Source: Buchnera aphidicola (Neophyllaphis podocarpi)
GTDB lineage: Bacteria; Pseudomonadota; Gammaproteobacteria; Enterobacterales; Enterobacteriaceae
NCBI RefSeq assembly: GCF_964059055.1
Contig: NZ_OZ060386.1
Span: 360,001 to 392,000, forward strand
DNA: 32,000 nucleotides
Reading direction: 5' to 3'
The notes beneath the pieces are model-generated. The model ran no database searches, was not told where the DNA came from, and saw nothing but the letters and a program-made list of their open reading frames with translations. Positions 10,751 through 20,288 of the stretch are shown here, in pieces (position 1 is the stretch's first letter; every line of letters starts with the position of its first letter). Both the position numbers and the translations under genes were made by a program.

Positions 10751-12019
10751 ATGATAAACAAAATAAATAAAATAATGATAAATGGTCCAACAAGACTAAA
10801 TGGAGATGTAAACATTTCAGGATCAAAAAATGCATCACTGCCAATATTATTTGCTACTTTACTTACAAAAGAAAAAATAATATTAAATAATGTACCAAAT
10901 ATTAAAGATATTGAAATAACTATAAAACTATTAAAACATTTAGGTGTTAAGATTAAAATATATAAATCAACATATATAATTCAATCAAATAAAGTTAGAA
11001 AATATTCGATTCCGAACAATTTAGTTATCAGTACAAGAGCATCTATTTGGGCATTAGGAGCATTTTTAACCCGTTTTAAAAAAATTAAACTTGCATTTCC
11101 AGGAGGATGTAATATAGGACTTAGACCTATAGATATTCATATAGAAGGATTAAGAAAACTAGGAGCAATAATAAAAGTAAAAGATGGTTTTATTAAAGCA
11201 TATGTAAAAAAAAAATTAAAAGGTGTCTGTATTATCATGAAAAAAATTAGCGTAGGAGCAACAATTAATATCATGAATGCAGCAATTTTAGCAGAAGGAA
11301 CAACAATAATCAAAAATGCAGCAAAAGAACCTGAAATAATTGATACTGCTAATTTTCTTAATATGTTAGGAGCTAATATTGAAGGAGCAGGAAATTATAA
11401 AATCACTATAAAAGGAGTAAAAAGTTTAAAAGGAGGATCCTATAAAATACCTCCAGATAGAATAGAAACTGGAACATTTCTAGTAGCCGCTGCTATTTCT
11501 AAAGGAAAAATTACATGCCACAATACAAAAACAAATGTATTGGATTCAATATTAAGTAAACTAGAAGAATCAGGAGCAAAAATTAAAATTGGAATAAATT
11601 GGATAAGTCTTGATATGAAATATCAAAAACCTAAATCAGTAAATATAGTAACTGCTCCATACCCTGGTTTTCCAACAGATATGCAAGCACAGTTTACAAT
11701 ACTAAATATTACTTCACAAGGAAAAGGAACAATTAAAGAAACAATATTTGAAAATCGTTTCATGCATATTCCTGAAATAATTAAAATGGGAGCTAAAGTA
11801 AAAGTAAAAAAAAATAATATAATTTGTGATGGAGCGTCTAATTTATTATCTTCTGAAATTACAGCTAAAGATTTAAGATCTTCGGCTAGTCTAATACTAG
11901 CAGGATGCATAGCTCAAGGAAAAACTATAATAAATAATATATATCATATTCAGAGAGGTTATGAAAATATTTTATATAAATTAAAAATACTTGGAGCTAA
12001 TATAAAAATTATTAAATAA
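10751..12019 (+). CDS. murA: UDP-N-acetylglucosamine 1-carboxyvinyltransferase MurA
   Basis: The 422-aa ORF contains GPTRLNGDVNISGSKNASLPILFA, the active-site loop PGGCNIGLRPID and FENRFMHIPE, collinear with E. coli MurA (419 aa). The exact start is uncertain between the ATG at 10751 and the one at 10775. Confidence 0.95.
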   Translation: MINKINKIMINGPTRLNGDVNISGSKNASLPILFATLLTKEKIILNNVPNIKDIEITIKLLKHLGVKIKIYKSTYIIQSNKVRKYSIPNNLVISTRASIWALGAFLTRFKKIKLAFPGGCNIGLRPIDIHIEGLRKLGAIIKVKDGFIKAYVKKKLKGVCIIMKKISVGATINIMNAAILAEGTTIIKNAAKEPEIIDTANFLNMLGANIEGAGNYKITIKGVKSLKGGSYKIPPDRIETGTFLVAAAISKGKITCHNTKTNVLDSILSKLEESGAKIKIGINWISLDMKYQKPKSVNIVTAPYPGFPTDMQAQFTILNITSQGKGTIKETIFENRFMHIPEIIKMGAKVKVKKNNIICDGASNLLSSEITAKDLRSSASLILAGCIAQGKTIINNIYHIQRGYENILYKLKILGANIKIIK

Positions 12020-12066
12020 ATTAAATAAAAATCTATAAAACTTCAACTTAAAAAGGATAAAATACA

Positions 12067-12414
12067 ATGTACGCAATTTTTTTAAGTGGCGGAAAACAAT
12101 ATAAAGTAATTGAAGGACAAGAAATAAAAATAGAGAAAGTAAAAGATAAAATAGGTAATTTTATACAATTTAAAAAAGTTTTAGTTATATCAAAGAAAAA
12201 AAATACACAAATTGGTAGCCCTTTTGTTAAAGGAGGTATAGTCGAAGCAAAAGTCAATGATCATATTAGAGATAAAAAAATTGTTATTATTAAATTTAAA
12301 AGAAGAAAACATTATAAAAAAAAACAAGGTCACCGTCAATGGTTAACAAAAATAACTATAACTAAAATTAGTAAAAATACAAAAAGATTAGAGGAGACAA
12401 AAAATGGCTCATAA
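12067..12414 (+). CDS. rplU: 50S ribosomal protein L21 (with ~12-aa C-terminal extension)
   Basis: [14 protein letters not shown]...[16 protein letters not shown] matches E. coli MYAVFQSGGKQHRV...FRRRKHYRKQQGHRQW. The ORF runs 12 codons past the E. coli end and overlaps rpmA by 11 nt. Confidence 0.94.
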   Translation: MYAIFLSGGKQYKVIEGQEIKIEKVKDKIGNFIQFKKVLVISKKKNTQIGSPFVKGGIVEAKVNDHIRDKKIVIIKFKRRKHYKKKQGHRQWLTKITITKISKNTKRLEETKNGS

Positions 12415-12667
12415 AAAAGCAGGAGGATCCACTAGAAACGGGAGAGATTCTCATTCAAAAAGATTAGGAGTTAAACGTTTCGGAGGAGAATTAATATCTG
12501 CAGGTAGTATAATAGTAAGACAAAGAGGTACTAAATTTCATGCTGGAAATAATGTAGGATGTGGTAAAGATCATACATTATTCGCTAAATGTAATGGAAG
12601 AGTAGAATTTAAAATACAAGGAAAAAATAAAAAAAAATATATAAATATATTAGAGACAAAATACTAA
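12404..12667 (+). CDS. rpmA: 50S ribosomal protein L27
   Basis: The N-terminus [29 protein letters not shown] is the canonical L27 N-terminus. GAGGAG lies upstream of the ATG. Confidence 0.96.
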   Translation: MAHKKAGGSTRNGRDSHSKRLGVKRFGGELISAGSIIVRQRGTKFHAGNNVGCGKDHTLFAKCNGRVEFKIQGKNKKKYINILETKY

Positions 12668-12718
12668 AATTATTTAATTAGAAACTATTTAAACATACAA
12701 AATTTTATTTTAAATAAT

Positions 12719-12777
12719 TATTTTACTGAAATATTTCAAAATATAATTTTTAAAATTAATTTTATTTCAGTAAAATA
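12719..12777 (+). repeat. perfect 15-bp inverted repeat (29-nt loop) between rpmA and obgE
   Basis: TATTTTACTGAAATA (12719-12733) is the exact reverse complement of TATTTCAGTAAAATA (12763-12777). It ends 17 nt before the obgE ATG. The role is unknown; it could be an attenuator, a processing site or a protein-binding site. Confidence 0.5.
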
Positions 12778-12785
12778 TTAAATAG

Positions 12786-13829
<1,044 letters not shown>

Positions 13830-14170
13830 TAAAGCATTTTTTGAAAAAATATCAAAATATATAATTAAAAATATATAATTTAAATTTTTTTATATAAAAT
13901 TATATAGTTAAAATTATTCTTTAAAAATACTTATTTTTAAAAAAAAGTAAAAATTAAAAAAAATATAAAAAAAATAAAAGATAGTCTTTATATTATCAAA
14001 TAAAAATACTTATTATATTATAATTAAATATACTATGAAAAAATATATAGGAGCTGGTCAAAAGAAATAAAAAAAATTAATTAAATTAATAATTTATCCT
14101 AATCTTTAAATAAAAATTTAAAATATCATAAATAATAAAAATATCATACAACTATTAATTTAAATATCTT

Positions 14171-14201
14171 AAAAAAGAAAGTCCGGTATACAACAAACCG
14201 G
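14171..14201 (-). terminator. candidate rho-independent terminator after rpsI
   Basis: The minus-strand RNA reads CCGGU-UUGUUGUAU-ACCGG (14183-14187 / 14197-14201) followed by ACUUUCUUUUUUAAG. It lies about 30 nt downstream of the rpsI stop. Confidence 0.5.
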
Positions 14202-14233
14202 CTCTTTCAAATAATAAAAATATTTTGAAAATG

Positions 14234-14626
14234 TTAACGTTTAGAAAATTGTGGTTTTTTACGCGATTTTCTCAAACCTACTTTTTTTCTTTCTACTTCT
14301 CTTGAATCACGAGTAACAAAACCTGATTTTCTTAAGTCTTTACGAAATAATTCATCATATTTAATTAATGCACGAGAAATACCTAATCTAATGGCTCCAG
14401 CTTGCCCAGAAATGCCACCACCTTTTACAGTAATATAGAAATCAAATTTATTTAATAAATTTAATAATACTAAAGGTTGTTTAACAAGCATACATGATGT
14501 TTCTCTACTAAAATAACTCTCTAATTTTTTATTATTAATAGTAATTTTACCACTACCTTTTTTTACAAAAACACGAGCAGAAGAACTTTTACGCCTACCA
14601 GTACCATAATATTGAGTTAATGACAT
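14234..14626 (-). CDS. rpsI: 30S ribosomal protein S9
   Basis: The ORF is 130 aa, the E. coli length. It contains [15 protein letters not shown] and ends ...[14 protein letters not shown], the S9 signature C-terminus. Confidence 0.96.
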   Translation of the reverse strand: MSLTQYYGTGRRKSSSARVFVKKGSGKITINNKKLESYFSRETSCMLVKQPLVLLNLLNKFDFYITVKGGGISGQAGAIRLGISRALIKYDELFRKDLRKSGFVTRDSREVERKKVGLRKSRKKPQFSKR

Positions 14627-14664
14627 GATAGAAATATACCTCCTTTATATTAATAAAATGTTAT

Positions 14665-15093
14665 TTATATGATAAGATTTCTTGGTTGTTGAGCAGTATG
14701 ATTATGATAATTACCAGGAAATACTTTTAATTTTTTCAGCATTAATTTACCTAAAGAGTTTCTAGGTAACATACCTTTAACAGCATTAAATATAATTCTT
14801 TCTGGAAATTTACATAACATTTCTTTAAATTTTAATTTTTTAATTCCACCAATGAATCCTGTATGTCTATAATATATTTTATTATTTAATTTATTACCAG
14901 TAACTAAAATTTTCTTTGAATTTAAAACAATAATAAAATCTCCTATATCAATATGAGGAGAATATTCTACTTTATGTTTTCCGCATAATATATGAGCAAT
15001 TTTAGTAGATAACCTACCTAAAACTTTATTAGTAGCATCAACGTAGTACCAATTTCTTTTAATGTTTAAAGGTTTAATCAAAAAACTTTTCAT
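14665..15093 (-). CDS. rplM: 50S ribosomal protein L13
   Basis: The ORF-track frame is 14665..15135. I moved the start to the ATG at 15093 because [30 protein letters not shown] aligns with E. coli [30 protein letters not shown] and gives 142 aa, the E. coli length. Confidence 0.94.
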   Translation of the reverse strand: MKSFLIKPLNIKRNWYYVDATNKVLGRLSTKIAHILCGKHKVEYSPHIDIGDFIIVLNSKKILVTGNKLNNKIYYRHTGFIGGIKKLKFKEMLCKFPERIIFNAVKGMLPRNSLGKLMLKKLKVFPGNYHNHTAQQPRNLII

Positions 15094-15544
15094 AAAAATC
15101 CTTAAATTAACTAGAAAAACTAATATCATATTCAAAAAAAATCAATGACTATCTAAATATATGTCATATCTTGATTTATATAAAAAATGTTATTAATATA
15201 ATATACATTATTTCAGAATAAAAATATAACAAGTTTAATTAGTAATTTAAGAAATTTAAAATTTTAATATATAAAATATGTTAAAAACAAAATAAGAAAA
15301 TAGTGTTTAAAATGTAATTTTAATTATATAAAAATCAAATATTCAATAAAAATAATAAAGATTTACCAATTATTATTTAAATAAAAATATGAAAAAATTA
15401 GCATATATAAAAATAAAATAATACATAAAAACATAAAAGATCAAACATTTTAAAAATGTTTATAAAAATATTAACAAAAAATTCATAAATAATATTAATA
15501 ATTCATGATAAATTAATAGTATTATATGTTAATAGGTAGTCATT

Positions 15545-16714
15545 ATGATTTCCGATAATTCTTTGATATTCTTAAGAAAAAAAATTAATACAATTGATGA
15601 AGAAATACTATTACTTCTTCATAAAAGAAAAAAAATAGCAATTGAAATAGCAAAAATTAAAATAGATAGAAATAAACCAATAAGAGATATAAAAAGAGAA
15701 AAAGAACTAATAAATAAATTAATAAAAATAGGTGATAAAAAAGATCTTGAATCAAATTATATTTATAAGATATTTAAGATCATAATCAAAAACTCGGTAA
15801 ATATTCAAAATAATTTACTTGAAAAATATAATAATAAAAATAAAATTTATGAGCCTATATTAGGATTTTTAGGACCAAAAGGATCTTATTCAAACTTAGC
15901 AACAACAGAATATGCAAGTAAAAATTTTAATAAGTTTTCAACAAAAGGATTAAAAAACTTTCAAGAAGTTATTAATAATCTTTGCGATAATAAAATAAAT
16001 TATGCTGTTTTACCTTTAGAAAATAATAATTCAGGTACTATAAATGAAGTATATGATCTAATTGAAAAAAACGATAATTTATATATAGTAGGAGAAATTT
16101 ATATTTTAATTGATCATTGTTTATTAACTACAAAAAATGTAAAAAATATTAATAACATAAAAAAAATATATAGTCATCCTCAACCAGTTCAACAATGTAG
16201 TAAATTTATTAATCAAATTAAAAATTGTAATATTCAATATACATCAAGTACATCGTCTGCAATGCAAATAATTTCTAATACAAATTTAAATGACATTGCG
16301 GCTATAGGAAGTAAATTAGGAAGTAATTTTTATAAATTAAAAATCTTAAAAGATAATATTTCTAACAAAAAAAATAATATTACTCATTTTATAATACTAT
16401 CTAATGAATATAAAAAAAATTTAGAATTAAAAAAATCTAAAACTAGTTTTATCATAGAAGTAAAAAATAATATTACAGATTTAATAGAAATATTATTGAT
16501 AATAAAAGAAAATGATCTTAAGGTCACTAAAATAGAATCAAGACCTGCTAGCGGATCTTTATGGAATAAAACATTCTATATAGATATTCAGTCTCATTGT
16601 GATTCACAAAACATGCAAAAAGTAATTAAAAAAATTGATATTTTTACAAATAGAATTAGAATTCTAGGATGTTATCCCATATGTAATTCTTTCGATAAAA
16701 TATTAAAAATATAA
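15545..16714 (+). CDS. pheA: bifunctional chorismate mutase / prephenate dehydratase (P-protein)
   Basis: The 389-aa ORF has the CM domain LIFLRKKINTIDEEILLLLHKR..., PDT motifs GFLGPKGSYS and YSHPQPVQQCSKF, and an ACT domain with ESRP. It is collinear with E. coli PheA (386 aa). Confidence 0.93.
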   Translation: MISDNSLIFLRKKINTIDEEILLLLHKRKKIAIEIAKIKIDRNKPIRDIKREKELINKLIKIGDKKDLESNYIYKIFKIIIKNSVNIQNNLLEKYNNKNKIYEPILGFLGPKGSYSNLATTEYASKNFNKFSTKGLKNFQEVINNLCDNKINYAVLPLENNNSGTINEVYDLIEKNDNLYIVGEIYILIDHCLLTTKNVKNINNIKKIYSHPQPVQQCSKFINQIKNCNIQYTSSTSSAMQIISNTNLNDIAAIGSKLGSNFYKLKILKDNISNKKNNITHFIILSNEYKKNLELKKSKTSFIIEVKNNITDLIEILLIIKENDLKVTKIESRPASGSLWNKTFYIDIQSHCDSQNMQKVIKKIDIFTNRIRILGCYPICNSFDKILKI

Positions 16715-16837
16715 ACAAAAATATTTTATAAAATAAATATGAAATTAATTTCTTAATATAATTGTACAAATCAATTTAATATTAAAATAATTTCGTTAAT
16801 GTTATTATATAAAAATAATTTATTATGAGTAATTAAA

Positions 16838-18190
16838 ATGTTCGGTAATTTAACAAAACAACTAAAAAAAACAATACAAAAAATTAGTAATAGAGGAAGA
16901 TTAACAGAAAAACATATAAAAAATACAATAAGAGAAGTTAGAATTGCATTATTAGAAGCAGATGTATCATTATTAGTTATTAAAAAATTCATAGATGCAA
17001 TTCAAAAAAAAGTAATAGGAATAAAAATAAACAAAAGTTTAACTCCCGGACAAGAATTTATTAAAGTTGTTATGAGAGAGTTAATAAAAATAATGGAAGA
17101 TGATAAACAAAAACTAAATTTATCAGTACAACCACCGGCTGTAATATTATTTCTGGGAATACAAGGAGTAGGTAAAACTACTAGTGTAGTTAAATTAGGA
17201 AATATATTAAAAAATAAAAATAAAAAAGTAATAATAGTATCAACAGATATCTATCGCCCTGCCGCTATAACACAAATAGAAATATTATCAAAAAAAATAA
17301 ATATTGATTGTTTTAAATCAGATATAAATGAATCTCCTGATAAAATAGCAATTAAAGCACTAGAATATGCAAAAATAAAATTTTATGATGTTTTATTAGT
17401 TGATACTGCAGGACGTATGCATATAGATAAAAAAATGATGAATGAAATAAAAAATATTTATAATGCTATAAATCCTGTTGAAACATTATTCGTTATTGAT
17501 GCAATGACAGGACAAGATAGTATAAATATTGCAAATAGTTTCAATAAAAAAATTAATATAACAGGAATTATATTAACTAAAACAGATGGTGATGCAAGAG
17601 GAGGAGCAGCTCTATCTGTAAAATATATAACTAAGAAACCAATAAAATTTATTAGTAATGGAGAAAAAATACATTCTATAGAAAAATTTAATCCAAAAAT
17701 AATAGCAAAACGTATATTAGGAATGGATGATACAATAAATATAATAGAAGAAATAGAAAATAAAATAAACAAAAAAGAAATTGAAAAAATTACTAATAAA
17801 TTAAAACAAGGAGAAAATTTTGATTTAAATGATTTTTTATTACAAATAAAACAAATAAAAAAAATGGGAGGAATTGTAAATTTAATAGAAAAATTTAAAT
17901 CTAATAACAAAATTATAAATAATATAAAATCAAATACAAGCAAAAAAGAACTTAATAAAATTGAATCCATAATTAATTCTATGACTATAAAAGAAAGAAA
18001 ACAGCATAATATTATTAAAGGATCCAGAAAACGTAGAATATCTCTAGGATCAGGTACAACTATACAAGATGTTAATAATTTACTTAAACAATTTACTAAA
18101 GTAAAAAATATTATGAAAAAAATTAAAAACAAAGGATTATCTAAAATAATACATGATTTTAAAAATATGATACCAAAAAACATCTTTTAA
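16838..18190 (+). CDS. ffh: signal recognition particle protein Ffh
   Basis: MFGNLTKQLKKTIQKISNRGRLTEKHIKNTIREVRIALLEADVSL matches E. coli MFDNLTDRLSRTLRNISGRGRLTEDNVKDTLREVRMALLEADVAL. The G domain has GIQGVGKTT, DTAGR and TKTDGDARGG, and a Lys-rich M domain follows. Confidence 0.96.
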   Translation: MFGNLTKQLKKTIQKISNRGRLTEKHIKNTIREVRIALLEADVSLLVIKKFIDAIQKKVIGIKINKSLTPGQEFIKVVMRELIKIMEDDKQKLNLSVQPPAVILFLGIQGVGKTTSVVKLGNILKNKNKKVIIVSTDIYRPAAITQIEILSKKINIDCFKSDINESPDKIAIKALEYAKIKFYDVLLVDTAGRMHIDKKMMNEIKNIYNAINPVETLFVIDAMTGQDSINIANSFNKKINITGIILTKTDGDARGGAALSVKYITKKPIKFISNGEKIHSIEKFNPKIIAKRILGMDDTINIIEEIENKINKKEIEKITNKLKQGENFDLNDFLLQIKQIKKMGGIVNLIEKFKSNNKIINNIKSNTSKKELNKIESIINSMTIKERKQHNIIKGSRKRRISLGSGTTIQDVNNLLKQFTKVKNIMKKIKNKGLSKIIHDFKNMIPKNIF

Positions 18191-18231
18191 AAAATACTAT
18201 TTTTATATTAAATAAATAAGGAAAAATCAGC

Positions 18232-18474
18232 ATGGTAAAAATTCGTTTAGCTAGACATGGTTCAAATAAAAGACCATTTTATAAAATAATAGTTGCAGAT
18301 AATAGAAGGGCTAGAAATGGACGTTTTATAGAAAAAATTGGTTTTTTTAACCCTTTGCAAAAAGATAAAAATAAAAAAGTTTCAATGAAAATAAAAAGAA
18401 TAGCATTCTGGATTAAAAATGGAGCTATATTGTCAGAAAGAGTTAAAAATATATGTAAAACATACAATAAATAA
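18232..18474 (+). CDS. rpsP: 30S ribosomal protein S16
   Basis: The S16 N-terminus MVKIRLARHGSNKRPFYKIIVADNRRARNGRFIEKIGFFNP is present, and AAGGAAA lies upstream. Confidence 0.96.
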   Translation: MVKIRLARHGSNKRPFYKIIVADNRRARNGRFIEKIGFFNPLQKDKNKKVSMKIKRIAFWIKNGAILSERVKNICKTYNK

Positions 18475-18493
18475 AAATTTTTAAAGAATATAA

Positions 18494-19027
18494 ATGCTAA
18501 AAAAACAAAATAAAAAACAAAAATCAAAAATTATTATAGGAAAAATTGGTTCTCCTTATGGTATTCTAGGTTGGATTTCAATATTTTCATTTACACAGAA
18601 AAAAAAAAATATATTTGCATATAATTTTTGGAAGATAAAAAAAGAGAAAAAATATTTTGATATTACAGTAATTAAATGGAAAAGAAAAAAAAATAAATTT
18701 TATGTAAAAACTAAAGAAATAAAAGATAGAACTCATGCATCACAGTTTACAAATTGTAATATATTGATTGATGAAATAAATTTACCTATATTAAAAAATA
18801 ATGAATATTATTGGAAAGATATAATAAATTGCGAAGTTTATAATTTAAATAATTATAAAATAGGATATGTTATTAGCTTAATAGAAAATGGGTGCTATGA
18901 TATTTTAGTAATAAAAACAAATCTAAAAAAAAATAAAAAAATGATGTTTATTCCTTTTATAGAAAAAAAAATCATTAAATACGTTAACATAAATAAAAAA
19001 ATCATAAAAATAGAACTACCAAATTGA
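18494..19027 (+). CDS. rimM: 16S rRNA processing protein RimM
   Basis: The 177-aa ORF contains IIIGKIGSPYGILGW and NEYYWKDIINCEV, matching E. coli IVLGKMGSSYGIRGW and GDYYWKDLMGCQV. It has the expected position in the rpsP-rimM-trmD-rplS operon. Confidence 0.9.
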   Translation: MLKKQNKKQKSKIIIGKIGSPYGILGWISIFSFTQKKKNIFAYNFWKIKKEKKYFDITVIKWKRKKNKFYVKTKEIKDRTHASQFTNCNILIDEINLPILKNNEYYWKDIINCEVYNLNNYKIGYVISLIENGCYDILVIKTNLKKNKKMMFIPFIEKKIIKYVNINKKIIKIELPN

Positions 19028-19830
19028 ATAATAACAAGACAAAATTAAACATTAAAAAATTAAAATTAAATTGGATAGGTATTATAACTATATTTAAAGA
19101 AATGTTTAAATCTATCACAGATTATGGTATTACAAGCAGAGCTATAAAAAACAAAATTATTAATTTAGAATACTGGAATCCAAGAGAATTCTCTTGCAAT
19201 AAACACAAAAGGATAGATGAAAGACCATATGGTGGAGGACCTGGAATGGTAATGCAAGTCAAACCTTTGGTAAAAGCAATACATGCAGCAAAAATAAAAG
19301 CAGGAAAAAATGTAAAAGTATTTTTTTTATCTCCTCAAGGAAAAAAAATAGATCACAAAAATATTGTAGATTTAGCTACTAACTTAAAAATAATTTTAGT
19401 ATGCGGAAGATATGAAGGGATAGATGAAAGAATAATCAAAAAAGAAATTGATGAGGAAATATCTATAGGAGATTACATTACTAGCGGAGGAGAGCTTCCA
19501 GCTATGGTAATAATTGATGCAATTATCAGAATTTTACCTGGAGCATTAAAAAAGCGAAAATCTTTTAAAAATGATTCTTTTTATAACGGAATTTTAGACT
19601 ATCCTAATTACACTAGACCTAAAATAGCCTATAATATGGAAGTACCTAAAGTATTATTATCTGGTAATCACAAAAAAATTGACGAGTGGAGATTTAAAAA
19701 ATCTTTAGAAAAAACTTGGATAAAAAGACCTGATTTAATTAAAAAAATAAATTTAAATAGTAATGAAAAAAAAATTTTAAATGAGTATAAAAAACAATTT
19801 TATTTAAAAAAAATTAAATACAAAAAATAA
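19024..19830 (+). CDS. trmD: tRNA (guanine37-N1)-methyltransferase TrmD
   Basis: [27 protein letters not shown]...[11 protein letters not shown]...[14 protein letters not shown]...[14 protein letters not shown] is collinear with E. coli TrmD. There is no ATG upstream of the conserved WIGII. The TTG at 19024 overlaps the rimM stop as TTGA, and the exact start is uncertain. Confidence 0.9.
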   Translation: MNNNKTKLNIKKLKLNWIGIITIFKEMFKSITDYGITSRAIKNKIINLEYWNPREFSCNKHKRIDERPYGGGPGMVMQVKPLVKAIHAAKIKAGKNVKVFFLSPQGKKIDHKNIVDLATNLKIILVCGRYEGIDERIIKKEIDEEISIGDYITSGGELPAMVIIDAIIRILPGALKKRKSFKNDSFYNGILDYPNYTRPKIAYNMEVPKVLLSGNHKKIDEWRFKKSLEKTWIKRPDLIKKINLNSNEKKILNEYKKQFYLKKIKYKK

Positions 19831-19844
19831 AATTAGGATATATA

Positions 19845-20192
19845 ATGAATCAAATAATAAAAAATATAGAAGAAAAACAGTTAAAAATCAATATACCAAA
19901 TTTTAGATCAGGAGATATTATAGAAGTTAATGTATGGGTGGTAGAAGGTAATAAAAAGAGAATTCAAATGTTTGAAGGTTTAGTAATAGGAATTAAAAAT
20001 AGAAAATTAAATTCATCTTTTACTATAAGAAAAATATCAAACGGAGAAGGAGTTGAAAGGGTATTTCAAACACATTCTCCTATAATTGAAAGTATTAATA
20101 TAAAAAGATTAGGATATGTAAGAAAATCAAAACTATATTATCTTAGAAAAAAAGTAGGTAAATCTGCAAAAATCAAAGAAAGATTAACATAA
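19845..20192 (+). CDS. rplS: 50S ribosomal protein L19
   Basis: The ORF is 115 aa, the E. coli length. It contains [29 protein letters not shown]...[16 protein letters not shown]. Confidence 0.96.
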   Translation: MNQIIKNIEEKQLKINIPNFRSGDIIEVNVWVVEGNKKRIQMFEGLVIGIKNRKLNSSFTIRKISNGEGVERVFQTHSPIIESINIKRLGYVRKSKLYYLRKKVGKSAKIKERLT

Positions 20193-20199
20193 ATAAAAA

Positions 20200-20227
20200 G
20201 CAGTCAAGAATAAAAAATTCTGACTGC
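20200..20227. terminator. bidirectional hairpin terminator between convergent rplS and tldD
   Basis: GCAGTCA(A)GAAT (20200-20211) pairs with ATTC-TGACTGC (20217-20227): 11 bp, one bulged A, 5-nt loop. The minus-strand reading is followed directly by UUUUUAUUUAU. The plus-strand reading has a T7 run 9 nt downstream. Confidence 0.65.
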
Positions 20228-20288
20228 AATATTTAATTTTTTTAAAATATTAAATATTTAATTAATTAAAATTATAAATTTTTATAAT

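Noticed and set aside
14035-14070. An 11-codon mini-ORF (MKKYIGAGQKK) covering the only G+C-richer patch of the obgE-rpsI spacer.
   Set aside because: It has no Shine-Dalgarno, no recognisable homology, and is too short to evaluate. I mention it only as a possible relic in the spacer finding.
15094-15135. A 14-codon N-terminal extension of rplM ([14 protein letters not shown]).
   Set aside because: The ATG at 15093 gives MKSFLIKP..., aligned with E. coli L13 Met1, and a protein of 142 aa.
17458-18183. A 241-aa minus-strand ORF, strikingly long for an A+T-rich genome and predicted to be very hydrophobic (Phe/Ile/Leu-rich).
   Set aside because: It lies entirely antisense to the well-supported ffh gene. 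Its composition is the mirror image of the Lys/Asn/Glu/Ile-rich Ffh M domain (AAA to TTT, AAT to ATT, GAA to TTC). In its register, stops arise only from sense-strand xxT-TAx, xxC-TAx or xxT-CAx. I checked that the Tyr, His and Gln codons in this part of ffh are all preceded by A- or G-ending codons, which explains the open frame. It resembles no protein family I recognise. I treat it as a shadow ORF.
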